Positions 51,534 through 63,200 of a stretch of DNA of 64,000 bases are shown here, piece by piece. The first letter of the stretch is position 1; every line of letters begins with the position of its first letter. The DNA lies in contig NC_045698.1 of the NCBI RefSeq assembly GCF_009834535.1, forward strand, positions 4,342,001-4,406,000, given 5' to 3'. Source of the stretch: Camelus ferus. Taxonomy: Eukaryota. A program made the translations under genes and the position numbers. The notes beneath the pieces are model-generated. The model did not search any database and was not told the DNA's origin. It saw nothing but the letters and a program-made list of their open reading frames with translations.

Positions 51534-53764
51534 CTTCTGTTGAAACACTTAGCAAATCTCTATGTTCCTGATCGGATTCTAACGAATTCAGGGCTTAGGA
51601 GCAGGAGTGGGTTCAAAGATTGATATGACTGACTAATGGCTTTGACCTTGAGCACAATGATGGAGTCAATGCCGGTGGAAAATGGAAAACTGAGAATTCG
51701 CATAAAGCAGCAGCATCACCGTTCTGCAATGATTGCCACTTGCCTGAGACGTGGGACACACTGAAAGGAAGGTTTGGGGAAAGCAAGTACCTGCTGCGTT
51801 GGACTGTCATGGTAGAAATTGTGACGCCAGTGGAGAGGGGGAAGAGGGGGTCTCTGACCCGCGGAGAGAGAGCTGGCAGAGGGAAACCAGCAAGCTCGGG
51901 GATGGGGGGCATCAGAGCAGGCAGAACACGCCTGACAGCCTGAAAGACTGCCAGAAGTCTTACAGCTGGAGGACAGGCAGCTCAGAACCCGGGCCACAGT
52001 TTGCCTCTTGAGGTTGCAGAATGATAAAGGGCATCGGATTCACAGCCTTGCCAACGCACTGACGTGAGAGTCAGAGCAGCAACTGGGAAGAAACAGCGTC
52101 CTGACAATGAAACAAGCCCACTGGGTGACTCCGAAAGCTTTGAGAGCCTGCAGCCCTAACACCCCTCACCCGCAGAAGCAGTTTCTTTGTGTCTGAGAGA
52201 GAACCCCAGCTCCTGGGCTGGAAGGCCCTGTACTAGCCTCACCCAAGGCTGCAGTGGAAGGTCTGTTCTCTTCAAAGCTCACCCACCACCCCTCCCAGCC
52301 ACCCCAGAGCCCAGCTCACCCCAAGGCCACACCTGCATGTCTGACCCAGGAGAGGAGAGTTTATCCTCCAAAGGAATTACAATACAGTGTGAGTTTATAA
52401 CAGCATAAACCCATGTTCTCATCCGAAGGGCAGAGAGCAGAACCGCTCAGGCGCAGACCTGAGAAAAACACCTGGTAAAGATGATATGCATGCATGATCG
52501 GAGCCCCTTCACTGTACAGGTTCCTCCCTGAAATGAGCTATTACGTACGTGTGGTAAAGACTTCTAACTCACCCCCAGAATCCATGCCCCCCTGTTTCTT
52601 TCTAGTGAAGTTTAAGCTGACACGCATTATCCAGAGAGAAACTGCATTCCCTGGGCTGCCTTGGAGCTGGGTGCGGAATGGGCTCTGACTAAAATCGGTG
52701 TGTGTAACTTCCAGGGCACTTCGTTACAGTCATTTCCAGAATCAGCAAAAGGCAACAGCCAAAGCCACCATGGAGGCCACATGGTCCCTGCCTTGTCACA
52801 GCCAAGAGAAATAAACTTCTTATTCGAGCCTCTAGATTACATTTTATTAAATCAGCACAACCAGTGCTCTACCTAATACAAGACGTATTATTTTAAAATA
52901 TAAACACTCCTATGTATTATTGAAATTTTTATGTGAATTAGTCTGATCAGGGTGTTTTCCTTCCAGAATCCTTGAAGTTCAGTCAAAGGTGGCTTGGTAT
53001 ATGGGATGCCGCTAACCCAGCCCCTACAGCAGTCATCCTTCATTGAGGACCACATTCTTCTCAAAGCCCAACGTCAGTCCTTCTCAGCACAGCACCCCTG
53101 GTAGCTTCTACTAATGGACCAAGTTGGTGAGGAGATAAAACCCACTTGCTCCTCTGCGTTAAGTTTGGATGGAAAACAGCAGACTGGGGTGGTCACTGAA
53201 GTGAAGGCTTTGAGAACGAAGAGCAGGTGAGGGCCCCTTGAGTCAGAGAGTGATGGACAGTAGGTCAGGACAAGCACCACAGAGCAGGTGCTCTGTGCAG
53301 GCATGAATTCCGGCAGGGGGTCCACAGTGGAGAGACGTTCTGTAAGTCAGAGCTCTTGGTCACGAACAACTGAGCTTATCGACCAAAGAGGAATGTATTA
53401 ATGTCACTTGAATAATCTCCAGGATGATCTGAAATTTGATTTGGAACCCACACAGCCTGAATGACATACCAAGTGATACCACTGATCCACCCCAAGCAAG
53501 TCCTGCTCCAGCTGGGAGACAAGGACCCCAGACAGAAGCATCAACCCTGAGCTTGGCAGCCCCATGCGAAATAGCTGCTCCTGCCTGAAAGCTGGGTCCC
53601 CAGTTCACTCACCAGGACGAACCCCTATTCAGCCTCCATCTTCTAACCTGAAGTTCTACGTGGGGGCATCAGATTGGCTGCGGCCCGGTCCTGTGCCCAG
53701 CACCAGGGAAGCCTGGAAAAGCAAGGTTCTGGCCTCGAGGAGGTGAGGGCCAGAAGGACCTGCA

Positions 53765-54140
53765 CTGCCACTGTGTAACAAATCGCCCCCAAACAGGGCG
53801 GCCTGCATCAGCAGTGTTCTTTCTTGCCCCTCCCAATCAATGCTCTTTCTTGTCCCTGGGGGTGACAGTCATTCAGGGCCCAGTGGGGACAGCTGGTTTC
53901 TTCTCCTCAATATCTTAGGGCCTCAGCTGGACGCCTCCAAGGCTGGGAGCCGGAATCACCTGTGTTCACTCACATCTGGTCCGTGCTGCTGGCTGTCTAC
54001 AAAGGCGTTAGCTGGGACACCCACCCGTGTGGCCTCTTTAGTGAAGACTGGGCTTCCTCAAAACATGGCAGCTGGGTTCCCCAGGCACGCACCCTGACAG
54101 AAAACAGAGGGGCCCGTCCTCTTATGACACAGGCTACAGA
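53765..54140 (-). mobile_element. Old MLT1 LTR remnant
   Basis: tgtgtaacaaatcgcccccaaa, ggaatcacctgtgttcactcacatctgg, ctgggcttcctcaaaacatggcagctgggttcc. Confidence 0.55.
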
Positions 54141-54564
54141 ACATGGCAGTGAGGAAAGCGTTTTGATAGCACTGGGCAACGTGTCAGGACTGGGGCTCCG
54201 GGCCCCCTCTCGCACAACCTCCTGTGACTCTGGGCAAGATCCTCACCACCATGACTTCAGAGGTCTGTGCTGCAAAAGGAAAAGCTGAGCTTTCAGTTAA
54301 ATAACAAAATATGTGTGCATCCACTGTGGGTCTTGAGCAAATGCAGAAGTGAGGGTGGAATGTTTCTTGATGCCCTCAAGCTCTTTCCATTAGTGACTGC
54401 CAAAGAGTTTTCTATTCTGAGGGGTGCTCGGAGGGTGAAAAGACATCCTCCCTAGCACCCCAGGTCCACGAGGGCAAGATTTCCTGCACCACCGTCTCCC
54501 CAGTGACTGCGTGCAGTAGGTGCGCACAGAGCAATGGTCACAGCACCATTTGAAGCTGTCTGTC

Positions 54565-54780
54565 TGCATTTGAATCCTGGCTTCTCTGACCATTCACTGC
54601 ATTATTTTGGACTAGTTACTTAATTTCTCTCTAAAATAGGGATAAACATAGTAACTACTTTTAAGAGCTGTTATGAAGATTCAGTGACTACATATATTAT
54701 ATACATATGCATATGTATATTTATAGTGCTTGGGGTGACACGTGAGTCGTGAAGTACCATCTAAGTGCTAGCACTGATGA
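54565..54780 (+). mobile_element. MIR SINE remnant
   Basis: tttgaatcctggcttctctgaccattcac..ttggactagttacttaatttctct..aaaataggg..gagctgttatgaagatt. Confidence 0.6.
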
Positions 54781-54880
54781 TTGATGAATGAATGCCGTAA
54801 TAGGTCATGTGACCCAGAGTCATCAGAAATCAACACTATGCTGCCTTGCAGTGAATTCTTCTAGCAGAAAATGTTTTTGA

Positions 54881-55091
54881 GATGTGCAGATACTAACTAC
54901 AATATATAAAATAGATAAACAACAAGTTTCTTCTGTACAGCACAGGGAACTATATTCAGTATTTTGTAATAACCTATAACAAAAAGAGTATGAAGATGAA
55001 TATTTGTATGGATATGTATGACTGGAACATGATGCTGTACACCAGAACTTGACACATTGTAAACTGACTATACTTCAATTTAAAAAAAAGG
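54881..55091 (+). mobile_element. Lineage-specific L1 3' end with 12-bp TSD
   Basis: TSD aaatgtttttga at 54869-54880 and 55092-55103; tataaaatagataaacaacaag..ctgtacagcacagggaactatattca..tgctgtacaccagaa..gactatacttcaa, then A tail. Confidence 0.85.
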
Positions 55092-58000
55092 AAATGTTTT
55101 TGAATTTTGATAGTGATCTTAGCACCTTCATTCAAGAGAATAAACCATGTGTATAAACTGGGGGGCTGATATTTTGAGCTAGTCTGGTTGATGCCTTTAT
55201 GAGATTGGGGCTCATAAAAAAATAGGGCCAACTGGGAAAATTAGGATGCAGTCCTTTGAGGCAAAGAATAAAAGAGGCAAACCTAGTTCTTCACCTCTAT
55301 ATAAAAACTGCAACTGGAGACAGCTGGCCCCCGGCACCATTGACTCAAATGCCCATGGGAGCACTGTTGGCAGGTACAATGCAATTCCCAGATGATGGAC
55401 GATTGTGAATAGCAGCTTCTCTCCCTCTCTCCCTTTCTTCTCTGCACGGTAGATTGGCCTCAGGCCTCTGCAGAGATGCCCTAACCATTCCTTCTGCACC
55501 CCATCAGTACCTGCCAATGGAGGAGGAGCTAGAGACCCATAGCTGTCCTTAGAGATTATTTTATTGTACTAAATGCTCTGAACTCAGCTGTCTTAATATT
55601 GTAAACTTAATCTCCAATAAGATAATTGTTTAAAGTTTGCTAACATTTTTTCCTTATAACTACAATATACTCTTTTTCTAGGTATCCATTCATTCCTCTG
55701 ATCATGTGGAACTTTCTAGAATCTCCTGGGATAGGAGAAGGAGAGGGCCCTTCTTCTCACTGCTGCCCCTACCGTCCTGTCACTGAAGCAAATGTTTGGA
55801 TCCATGGACTGGAGGATTGGGGAGGGGGTAAATTGAGAATGCCTACCCGTACTGATGTAATAACTGTTATGGTTTCAATCTTCCTCCTTCCAGCCTTTTT
55901 TCCTATGCATAGTTTATGTAGTTGTAGCTGTATTGTGGATATAATTTTGGACTCTGCTTTCTTACTGAGAATTATTGTGTACATCATAAATATTTTCATT
56001 TTGCTATATAATGTTCATAACTATAGTTACTGCTGCATAATATTCTGTTATAAATTTAGGTTGCTGCCAATTTTTAATTACCATTTGCCTTTAGCCCTTT
56101 AGAGAGCTGATCTGAGATGCTGAAAGTCTAACAGGCAGATAACAAGTAAGATGGCCACTATTTCACATCTGGGTCAGTCTTGCTTTGGCCTCCTGTCCCA
56201 GAATCAGCATGAACTGTGATCCTTTCACTCTCAAGAAAAACCTGCATTCAGAAAATGAACTATATGGTCACCCTAGCAATACTTCCATTTGGAAATAAAG
56301 GCCTTACAGGTGGCTACCTGGGATTTCAGTTAAACCATTCCCAAACCAGACTGGATGCCATCCCTGCTCCAGATGGGAAATGTTTCTCTGAGGCCTTCCC
56401 CAAAACCAGCTGGTATGTGGGGATGAAAATCACACCTATGAAGCCTTTCTCCTTCCACCTCCAGGACCGGGACTGACACCCCACCCCAGAAACCCTGCTG
56501 TGCAGTGTGCAGTCTGGGGCAGCTGGTCAACCCCAGCACCGGGCCTGGGGGCACGTGGACCAGGGTGTAGGTCCCAGCATGTGGCTGAGCTGGGCCAGTG
56601 ATGCGCTTCTCTGAAACACAATTTCTCCACCAATAAAGTGGGTCAGATAAAACCCGAGAGGGCTTCTGTGGCCGTGACATGATAAATCGTGCGATGCCTG
56701 CCTGTCCCTACCAGTGTCTCCTCTGGATCTACTCACATCCCCTCTTCCCACAGGTTAAATGAACTCGGGGTACTTTCCAGATAGGCACGGTCATTTTCCT
56801 GCTCAACCTCTCTTTAAAAGTCAGAGCTGGATAGAACGAGGTCACCGAAAAAGCCCATGAGACCAGAACAACTAGCCTTCAGTCGGCTGCAGCCACATTT
56901 GGTCACCAGCCACTGATCTTTACTAGCCGCTACTCTGCCCAGTCCCATTCATCTGAAAACAGCCTCTGCGGAAAGGCACCTTTGTATACAGTCGCCACTC
57001 CAGGGGACCGTGTCCCAAGATGCAGACGTGTCCTGCCCACTTGCCACAAGCCGATGAGGAGGCTGGCACCTGGCTCTCCTAGAGGAGACAACCCCAGAAA
57101 ACCGACCTCCAGGCCCGGTAGATCTGTACTGATCTCCTCAATAGCCCAAAGAGTTATTTTTCACAGTGAAAATTTTTAATAATTTGGAAGAAGTTTAAAT
57201 GGTAAAGACTTTTTTTTAATCGTCGTGGTGGCATCAGCATGAACATGCTTTGCCAATGAATTTAGAGGCTCCTCAGGATGAACGCCAAGCCAGGAACAGC
57301 GGCAAAGTTTGGAGTCAGCCCTCAGGCATTTCGGTGTGGGGGCGGTCCCCCTCTCCTGCGGCGACCACCACCGCCCCGCTCCCCGCTGCGCAGCTGGGCC
57401 GGACGCACCAAAACACGCGCGGCAGCGCTCTCCCCGCAAACACGGACCCTGCGGGGCTTCCCAGGCTATTCCAGCTGCCGGGGCCCTAAACATGATTTTT
57501 GCTTGAAATTTCATCAGATAAAAATAAGTTTCAATGGGGCTAAAGGCAGAGAAGGAGGGGAGGGTTGAAAGAGTCCAGGTTGAAGGGGGATCTGCTACCC
57601 TTCCGCGGCCGGTCCCGAGGTCGCCTGCGGGTAGCGGGGACTCCGGGCAGCAGAGGGCCGGCCTTTTGGAAACGACTGAAAAGCCAGTGCTGGGTGGTGG
57701 CTTCCTCCCCTTTTTGGAACGCAGGGACCCTCTGGCGTAGCGGGCAGAAAAGGAGCAGGGCCGGGACGCAGGGGGTGAATTCACGGAACGGTCATCCTTT
57801 AAAATCGTGACTCGAGGGGCTACTCTTTAGTGGGTTGCGGCGGGCACGCTTCCCGCACCCTCCTCCTGATTCTTTGATCGATCTTTAGGAAAGCGCTGGT
57901 CCCCCAAACCCCGTCCAGGGTGGCTGTGTGGGACACCAGGCTCCATATGGTCCGAGGGAATCAGTGAACAGGTTGCTTTCTACCCTTTTCCGACACTCCT

Positions 58001-58725
58001 TCCCCTCCGGATTGTTCTAACCGGGTTAAGTGAGGCGGAGGCTCGGGGGCTGAGCCTGGATCTCGGGAAGAAGGACCTGGAGCCTCCGAGACTCTCATCA
58101 GCGCGCGCGCGCGCCCCTGCTCCCCTACTCCCCACCCTCGCCCCGCTTCTGCAAGCTGGTCGGCTCGGTGTGCCGCTACCCAGCAGCCCGGCGCCCATCC
58201 GGCCGGGCGCGCGCCGATGTCTCCCCCCAGCGGCCGAGCGCGAGTCGCCGCGGGAGCCGGCGGCGGGCGGGCGGCGGGGGCGGCACGGAGCAGCCAGGCC
58301 CGCGGCTCCGCCCCGCGCCCCCCACCCCCACCCCGCCGGCCGGCAGGGCCGCCCCCTCCGCGCAGCGCTCGGCTCAGACTGAGCAGCCGCCTCTGCAATG
58401 TCAGCAGCCGCAGCGGCGGCGGCGACGCGAGCGGCAGCGGCCGGGGCCCCGCGGTAGCCGCCAGCGCGGCACGGCCCGGCGGGCGCGCACGGCGCGAGCC
58501 CGCGGCCACCTCGCTGCCTCCCGGGAGCTGCGGGCTGCTCTGCGCGCCCGGGCGCGGCGCTCGGACTCGAAGCCAGCCAGGCTGCAGCCGTGCACAAAGG
58601 ACCGCGGACACTGGGCTCCGGGGACTGTGCCCAGGGACCGGCCGGGGAACGGTCAGCCGCGCCGCGTCCCCTCCACGCTTCCCCTTCCCGGGTGGCCGGA
58701 GCCTGAGCCGAGCGGGCCCCGTCAT

Positions 58726-58824
58726 ATGACAGCGGCGACACCGCGGCCAGAGAGCGCGCGTGTTGCCCGCTCGGCTGCGCCACGGCCACCGGCGCCGGGG
58801 GTGGCTCGCGCCTCGCCACGCTGA
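58726..58824 (+). other. Candidate uORF (32 aa, MTAATPRPESARVARSAAPRPPAPGVARASPR) in the UBE2QL1 leader
   Basis: ATG 58726 to TGA 58822-58824; same frame as the main ORF; ends 99 nt before ATG 58924. Confidence 0.4.
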
Positions 58825-58923
58825 GTGGTCGCCGGTCTCCGTCGCCCCGCGCCACCCGAGTCCCGGCTCTCGGGCTCCGGGGGCAGGAGCCCAAGGGAGC
58901 CTCGCGCCGGCGCCGAGCCTAAA

Positions 58924-59706
58924 ATGGCCACGCTGCTCCGCAAAATCGGGCTCATCCGCCTGCACAACCGGGACACCGAGGACCCCAAGCACCACCACAA
59001 CCACCGCGGCGGCGGCAGCGGCCAGCAGAGCGCGTCGCTGCGCGGCAAGGGCGGCGCCAAGAGCGGCGGCCACAAGCCTCAGCAGCAGCAGCACCCCGCG
59101 GCGAGCGCGGGCGACGCCAGCCCCGGGCCCGGCAAGGGCAAGGGCAAGCGCGCGGTGGAGCTGGCCCCGCGCGACAAGCCGCCGCAGCCGGCGGCGGGGG
59201 CGGCGGGGGCGGCGGGCGCCGGGGGCCCCCGGGAGCGGGCGCCGGGCGCCAGGGCGGGGCCGGGCCTGGCGGTAGCGGCGGCGGCAGCGGGCGGCAGCCT
59301 GGTGCCCGCGGCGCGCCAGCAGCACTGCACGCAGGTGCGCAGCCGGCGGCTCATGAAGGAGCTGCAGGACATCGCGCGCCTCAGCGACCGCTTCATCTCC
59401 GTGGAGCTGGTGGACGAGAGCCTCTTCGACTGGAACGTGAAGCTGCACCAGGTGGACAAGGACTCGGTGCTGTGGCAGGACATGAAGGAGACCAACACCG
59501 AGTTCATCCTGCTCAACCTCACCTTCCCCGACAACTTCCCCTTCTCGCCGCCCTTCATGCGGGTGCTCAGCCCGCGCCTGGAGAACGGCTACGTGCTGGA
59601 CGGCGGCGCCATCTGCATGGAGCTACTCACGCCGCGCGGCTGGTCCAGCGCCTACACCGTGGAGGCGGTCATGCGCCAGTTCGCCGCCAGCCTGGTCAAG
59701 GGCCAG
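58924..59706 (+). CDS. UBE2QL1: Ubiquitin-conjugating enzyme E2Q family-like 1, first coding exon (261 codons from ATG 58924; internal MKELQ Met at 59353); remaining exon not seen in window
   Basis: UBC domain MKELQDIARLSDRFISVELVDESLFDWNVKL...PDNFPFSPPFMRVLSPRLENGYVLDGGAICMELLTPRGWSSAYTVEAVMRQFAASLVKGQ; catalytic Cys codon 59614-59616; donor CAG|gtaagc at 59706/59707; synteny with MED10. Confidence 0.95.
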
Positions 59707-59874
59707 GTAAGCCGGGAGGGGCTGGGGGCGCGCGGGGGTGGGCGCCGCGCGCGACGTGCGGGCGGGTGGGCGGCGCAGGGCCGGCCCCTCGGCCCCCCAG
59801 CTCCCGGCCTGGCTGCGGGTGCGTGCCGGGCTTTTTCTGAACTCTCTTCCGAAGGGTAGACGTGCCCGGGCGCC

Positions 59875-60265
59875 TCGGCTTCTTTTCCCTGAGCGTTTTC
59901 GTCCTTCCTTACTTTTCCGTCTCATCTCTCTGGGTCCCTCACCCCTCTCTCTGCGGGTCTCCAGCTTACTCCCTCTCCTCGTCTCTCGCTCTCTCCCTCC
60001 CCGACACCCCCTCTCCTTTTCTCCTCTATTCCTTCTCCCCTGTCGTTCCTCCGCTCTACCCTCTACCTTCTGCCCTCATCTCCTGACCCACTGCCCCCAT
60101 CTGCTCCTCCCGTTCCCCCTTCCCCCTCCACCATCTCCCCTCCTCCCCTACCTCTCTCCCTGTCCTCCTTCTCCGCCCCCCAGCCAGTCTCCCCCACTCT
60201 CCTCTCCCCTCCTCTCCATTTCCCCCTTCTCCCCCTTGTCGGCTTCTCCGCATCTCCTGTCCTCA
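59875..60265. repeat. Low-complexity pyrimidine (C/T)-rich tract at the start of UBE2QL1 intron
   Basis: ~390 nt dominated by C and T on the + strand. Confidence 0.8.
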
Positions 60266-63200
60266 TAATCTCCGTGAGGGTGGAACTTTCTGTGTACCTC
60301 AGGATCTCAATGTCCAGCCTAGTTTATCACCCCCTTCCCCACCACACACGTTTCCTCCCCAGCTTCTTAGGGGTGCTCTGCAGGTGAGGGGCTCAGCAGA
60401 GGACCAGCCACCTGCTGGCGAGTCTGCTCCCCGGTCTGCTGGGTCCTGAATAGCATCAACTGCGAAGGTGAAAATACTGCTCTTGAGAAATTTCACTGGC
60501 AAGGCCGAGGTGTGGGTTGAGTGGTTCCTTAAGTGACAAGGCCAGACTCCATCAAGGAAATGCCTGGTACCTGCCTCTCTCCAGGACCATCACCTCCTGG
60601 TAGTTGTTCAAGGTTTTGGTCTCTCTCAGACCCGTTTCTTCTTTTGGTTTCCTCATGCCCCCAGGGGTTAATACTGTTATCAGGGCTAAAGATTTTTAAC
60701 TAAACGCTGAAACCAGGAGCAAGCCTGATGCCTGAGTCTTCTGTCCATGGCACCAGATGGCAGCTTTGCTGCAAAGAAACCCCAGAGAACTTGAGGGCAG
60801 AGCATAAATGATCTTCTGAGCTATGTTCCCCTCTGGCTGCAGGCAGATGCCTGGTGCTTTTACCTTCCCACATTATACCCTCATGCTCATGTTCAAATTG
60901 TTTGATGTTTGACCAAATCGCTATTAAACATTATTTAATAAAATCATGTCTTTATATGGGTGTCTTTTAGATTTATGAAGAATCTCTGTTTAGTTTTGAA
61001 GACCCTGAATGACCTCGATTTGATCTTCCTACAGCCAGCATTTCAGAAGCCATCAGTCCCCCGCCACCTGCCTCTGCTCTTTCACTGCAGGGTCTTTCGC
61101 ACTAACCAAATGATTTGTGTTCTGACAATGTCACTAGAGGTGGAGCCCCTGGGATTCCAAGCAAATAGCACTGGAACTCCAGTGGAGAAAGGCACTTAAT
61201 TCTTGACGGGTCTGTTGTTCCCAAGTAACTATCCTGCTAGTCCATCTTTTCTGGGGTTTAGCTTCTGCTTTTTTCTTGAGTTTGAAATAGGATGGATGTG
61301 GCAGCTCTAGGGTGGCATCTGTAACTGAGCGAGGCTTAATGCTTTAACATCAGAAGTTCATTCTGAATCCTGTGGGTCAGTTCTGGCTCTGATCTAAGGT
61401 GACTGTGATTCCACACAAGCTACCAGGGTGGAACGGGGGTCTCAGTGTGTTATTAACAGGATTTATACAAATGATGTGGAAGAATATTTTGCACAGATGT
61501 CTTTGTTACTTGTTTCTGAAATCATTGCTAATTAGAACTCTCTGGAACAGTCTCTTCTTTCATTCTTCACAGTGATAACTTTGGAGGTCAGGGGAAGAGG
61601 AGTGTAATTTTGCCTCATAATCACAGAATCACAGCATTTAGACTTGGAAGAGATCCTAAAGGTCACCTGGACCACAGCCTGCATTTTGAAAGATGCAGGA
61701 AAATAAAGATTTCAAATGAGAAACAGGGTTTTATTTTAAGAAGCGATATGTCTCAGTAAGTTAAATAGTTTCCACGTTTACATTAATACTGTGAATGATA
61801 GTTCTGTTGGTGCCCATGCATGTCTATTAAAATGGGCAGATCCTCGTGTATACATGTATCTTTTTTTGTCATCAAAACTGAGAGTCTTGTGTACAGTTTC
61901 CAAGTCAGAGACTTCAATTGTTGAAAGTAATTATCAACAATTCTGTTTATTGATTTCAAAATCTCTGTTGACCTAGCATATTGTGTTATATTACCTATTC
62001 TAAATTCTAGTGTGTAAGGTATCCGAGAGGAAGGCGAGAACTCAGAGACTTACAAAATACCAACTCAGTTTCTTTGCATTTTCCATGCTGACTTCAAGAT
62101 CCAAGAGACAGTTGCCTAGGATACACGTAAACAGCTCGAAATGCAAAGTAAGAGCAGGAGAAATGAGCAGTCACCGGTGTTGCAGGATTCTGTGCAGGAA
62201 AGGATTCTAACAGTGTTTGGGGGCCCTCAGCATTCTGGTGACTTTCCTGCTCTTATGAATTACCTACTGACAGACAGTTCACTGCATGTACCGTAGTTAC
62301 CAAATTATTTCCACAGTTAAAAGCGATAGACTTCAGGAAAGCAATCAAAATACCTGATTAAGTATTTGGAGAGACCCGAGGCTGCTCCCAAACCGATCAT
62401 TATTATAAAGGAAAGAACCTTCCCATGCTGGTTACGTTCCCCCATCTGATGGCACTTCTTTTTTAGGATTCATTTTTCTCGAGCCACAGAGTTAGAGAAG
62501 CCTTGTTTTCATTTTTCGTAACTGCTCAGCCTAACTTTCTGCACTGAGGCAAGCTGATTTTGTCTCTCTACCTTGAGAGAAACCATAAGATGCTTTTAAA
62601 GGCCTCACTGATAATGCTGAGACAAGACACATTTAACAAGTAGATGTTCTGTGTACAGTACGAAAGGTTTGGGTTTTCACGGAGTATGACAAATTCAGTC
62701 ATTTCATGAGACCTTTACCTGACTGGCCCACATCATCAGAATCTCTTGTGCACTGCCTTACGCATTGTGGCTGTTTTAGGCTGACTTAGCGTAAATTTCT
62801 TGTATAAGACATTGTGTGTAGTGACAGAAACATACATACCTTGCCTATTTGTTTATTACCAAATCCTCTTTTGACTAAAAAGAGACATTTTCGGTAATTT
62901 TTGTTTCCTGCAGTTGAGTGAAAAATACCTACCTCAGAGGGTCCTGCCAAGGCGTCTGTACCCAGTTCACGCCTGGGGTCCCTGATGGCTGGATAGGGAC
63001 CCTTTACGGACTGTTGTGTGAGCAGAAGGCTCCCCAAAAGTAGCTTGAGGGTGCACTAACTCAGGGTTCTGTTTTTGCATCAGTTCGCCTCCTGAGTGTC
63101 CCCTTTGTAATTAGTTGGACATGGCCAGGGGCAAGGAACCAGATGTCACTGGAAAGACAGTGCCTCACTCCTCCTCGGTCCCCTCAGTGCCAGCCAGGCG

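Larger units (their letters stand above)
57280..59900. promoter_or_regulatory. UBE2QL1: Large CpG island: UBE2QL1 promoter, 5' leader and first coding exon
   Basis: Very high GC and CpG density, GC boxes, (GC)7 run at 58101-58114. Confidence 0.9.

Noticed and set aside
57961..59448. 495-aa minus-strand ORF and other long overlapping ORFs in the UBE2QL1 island
   Set aside because: Arg/Ala/Pro/Gly-rich shadow ORFs are expected in very GC-rich DNA antisense to a real exon; no recognisable domain
58825..59859. 344-aa ORF exactly as called by the ORF track
   Set aside because: Begins at a GTG and runs through the splice donor at 59707; the supported part is 58924-59706
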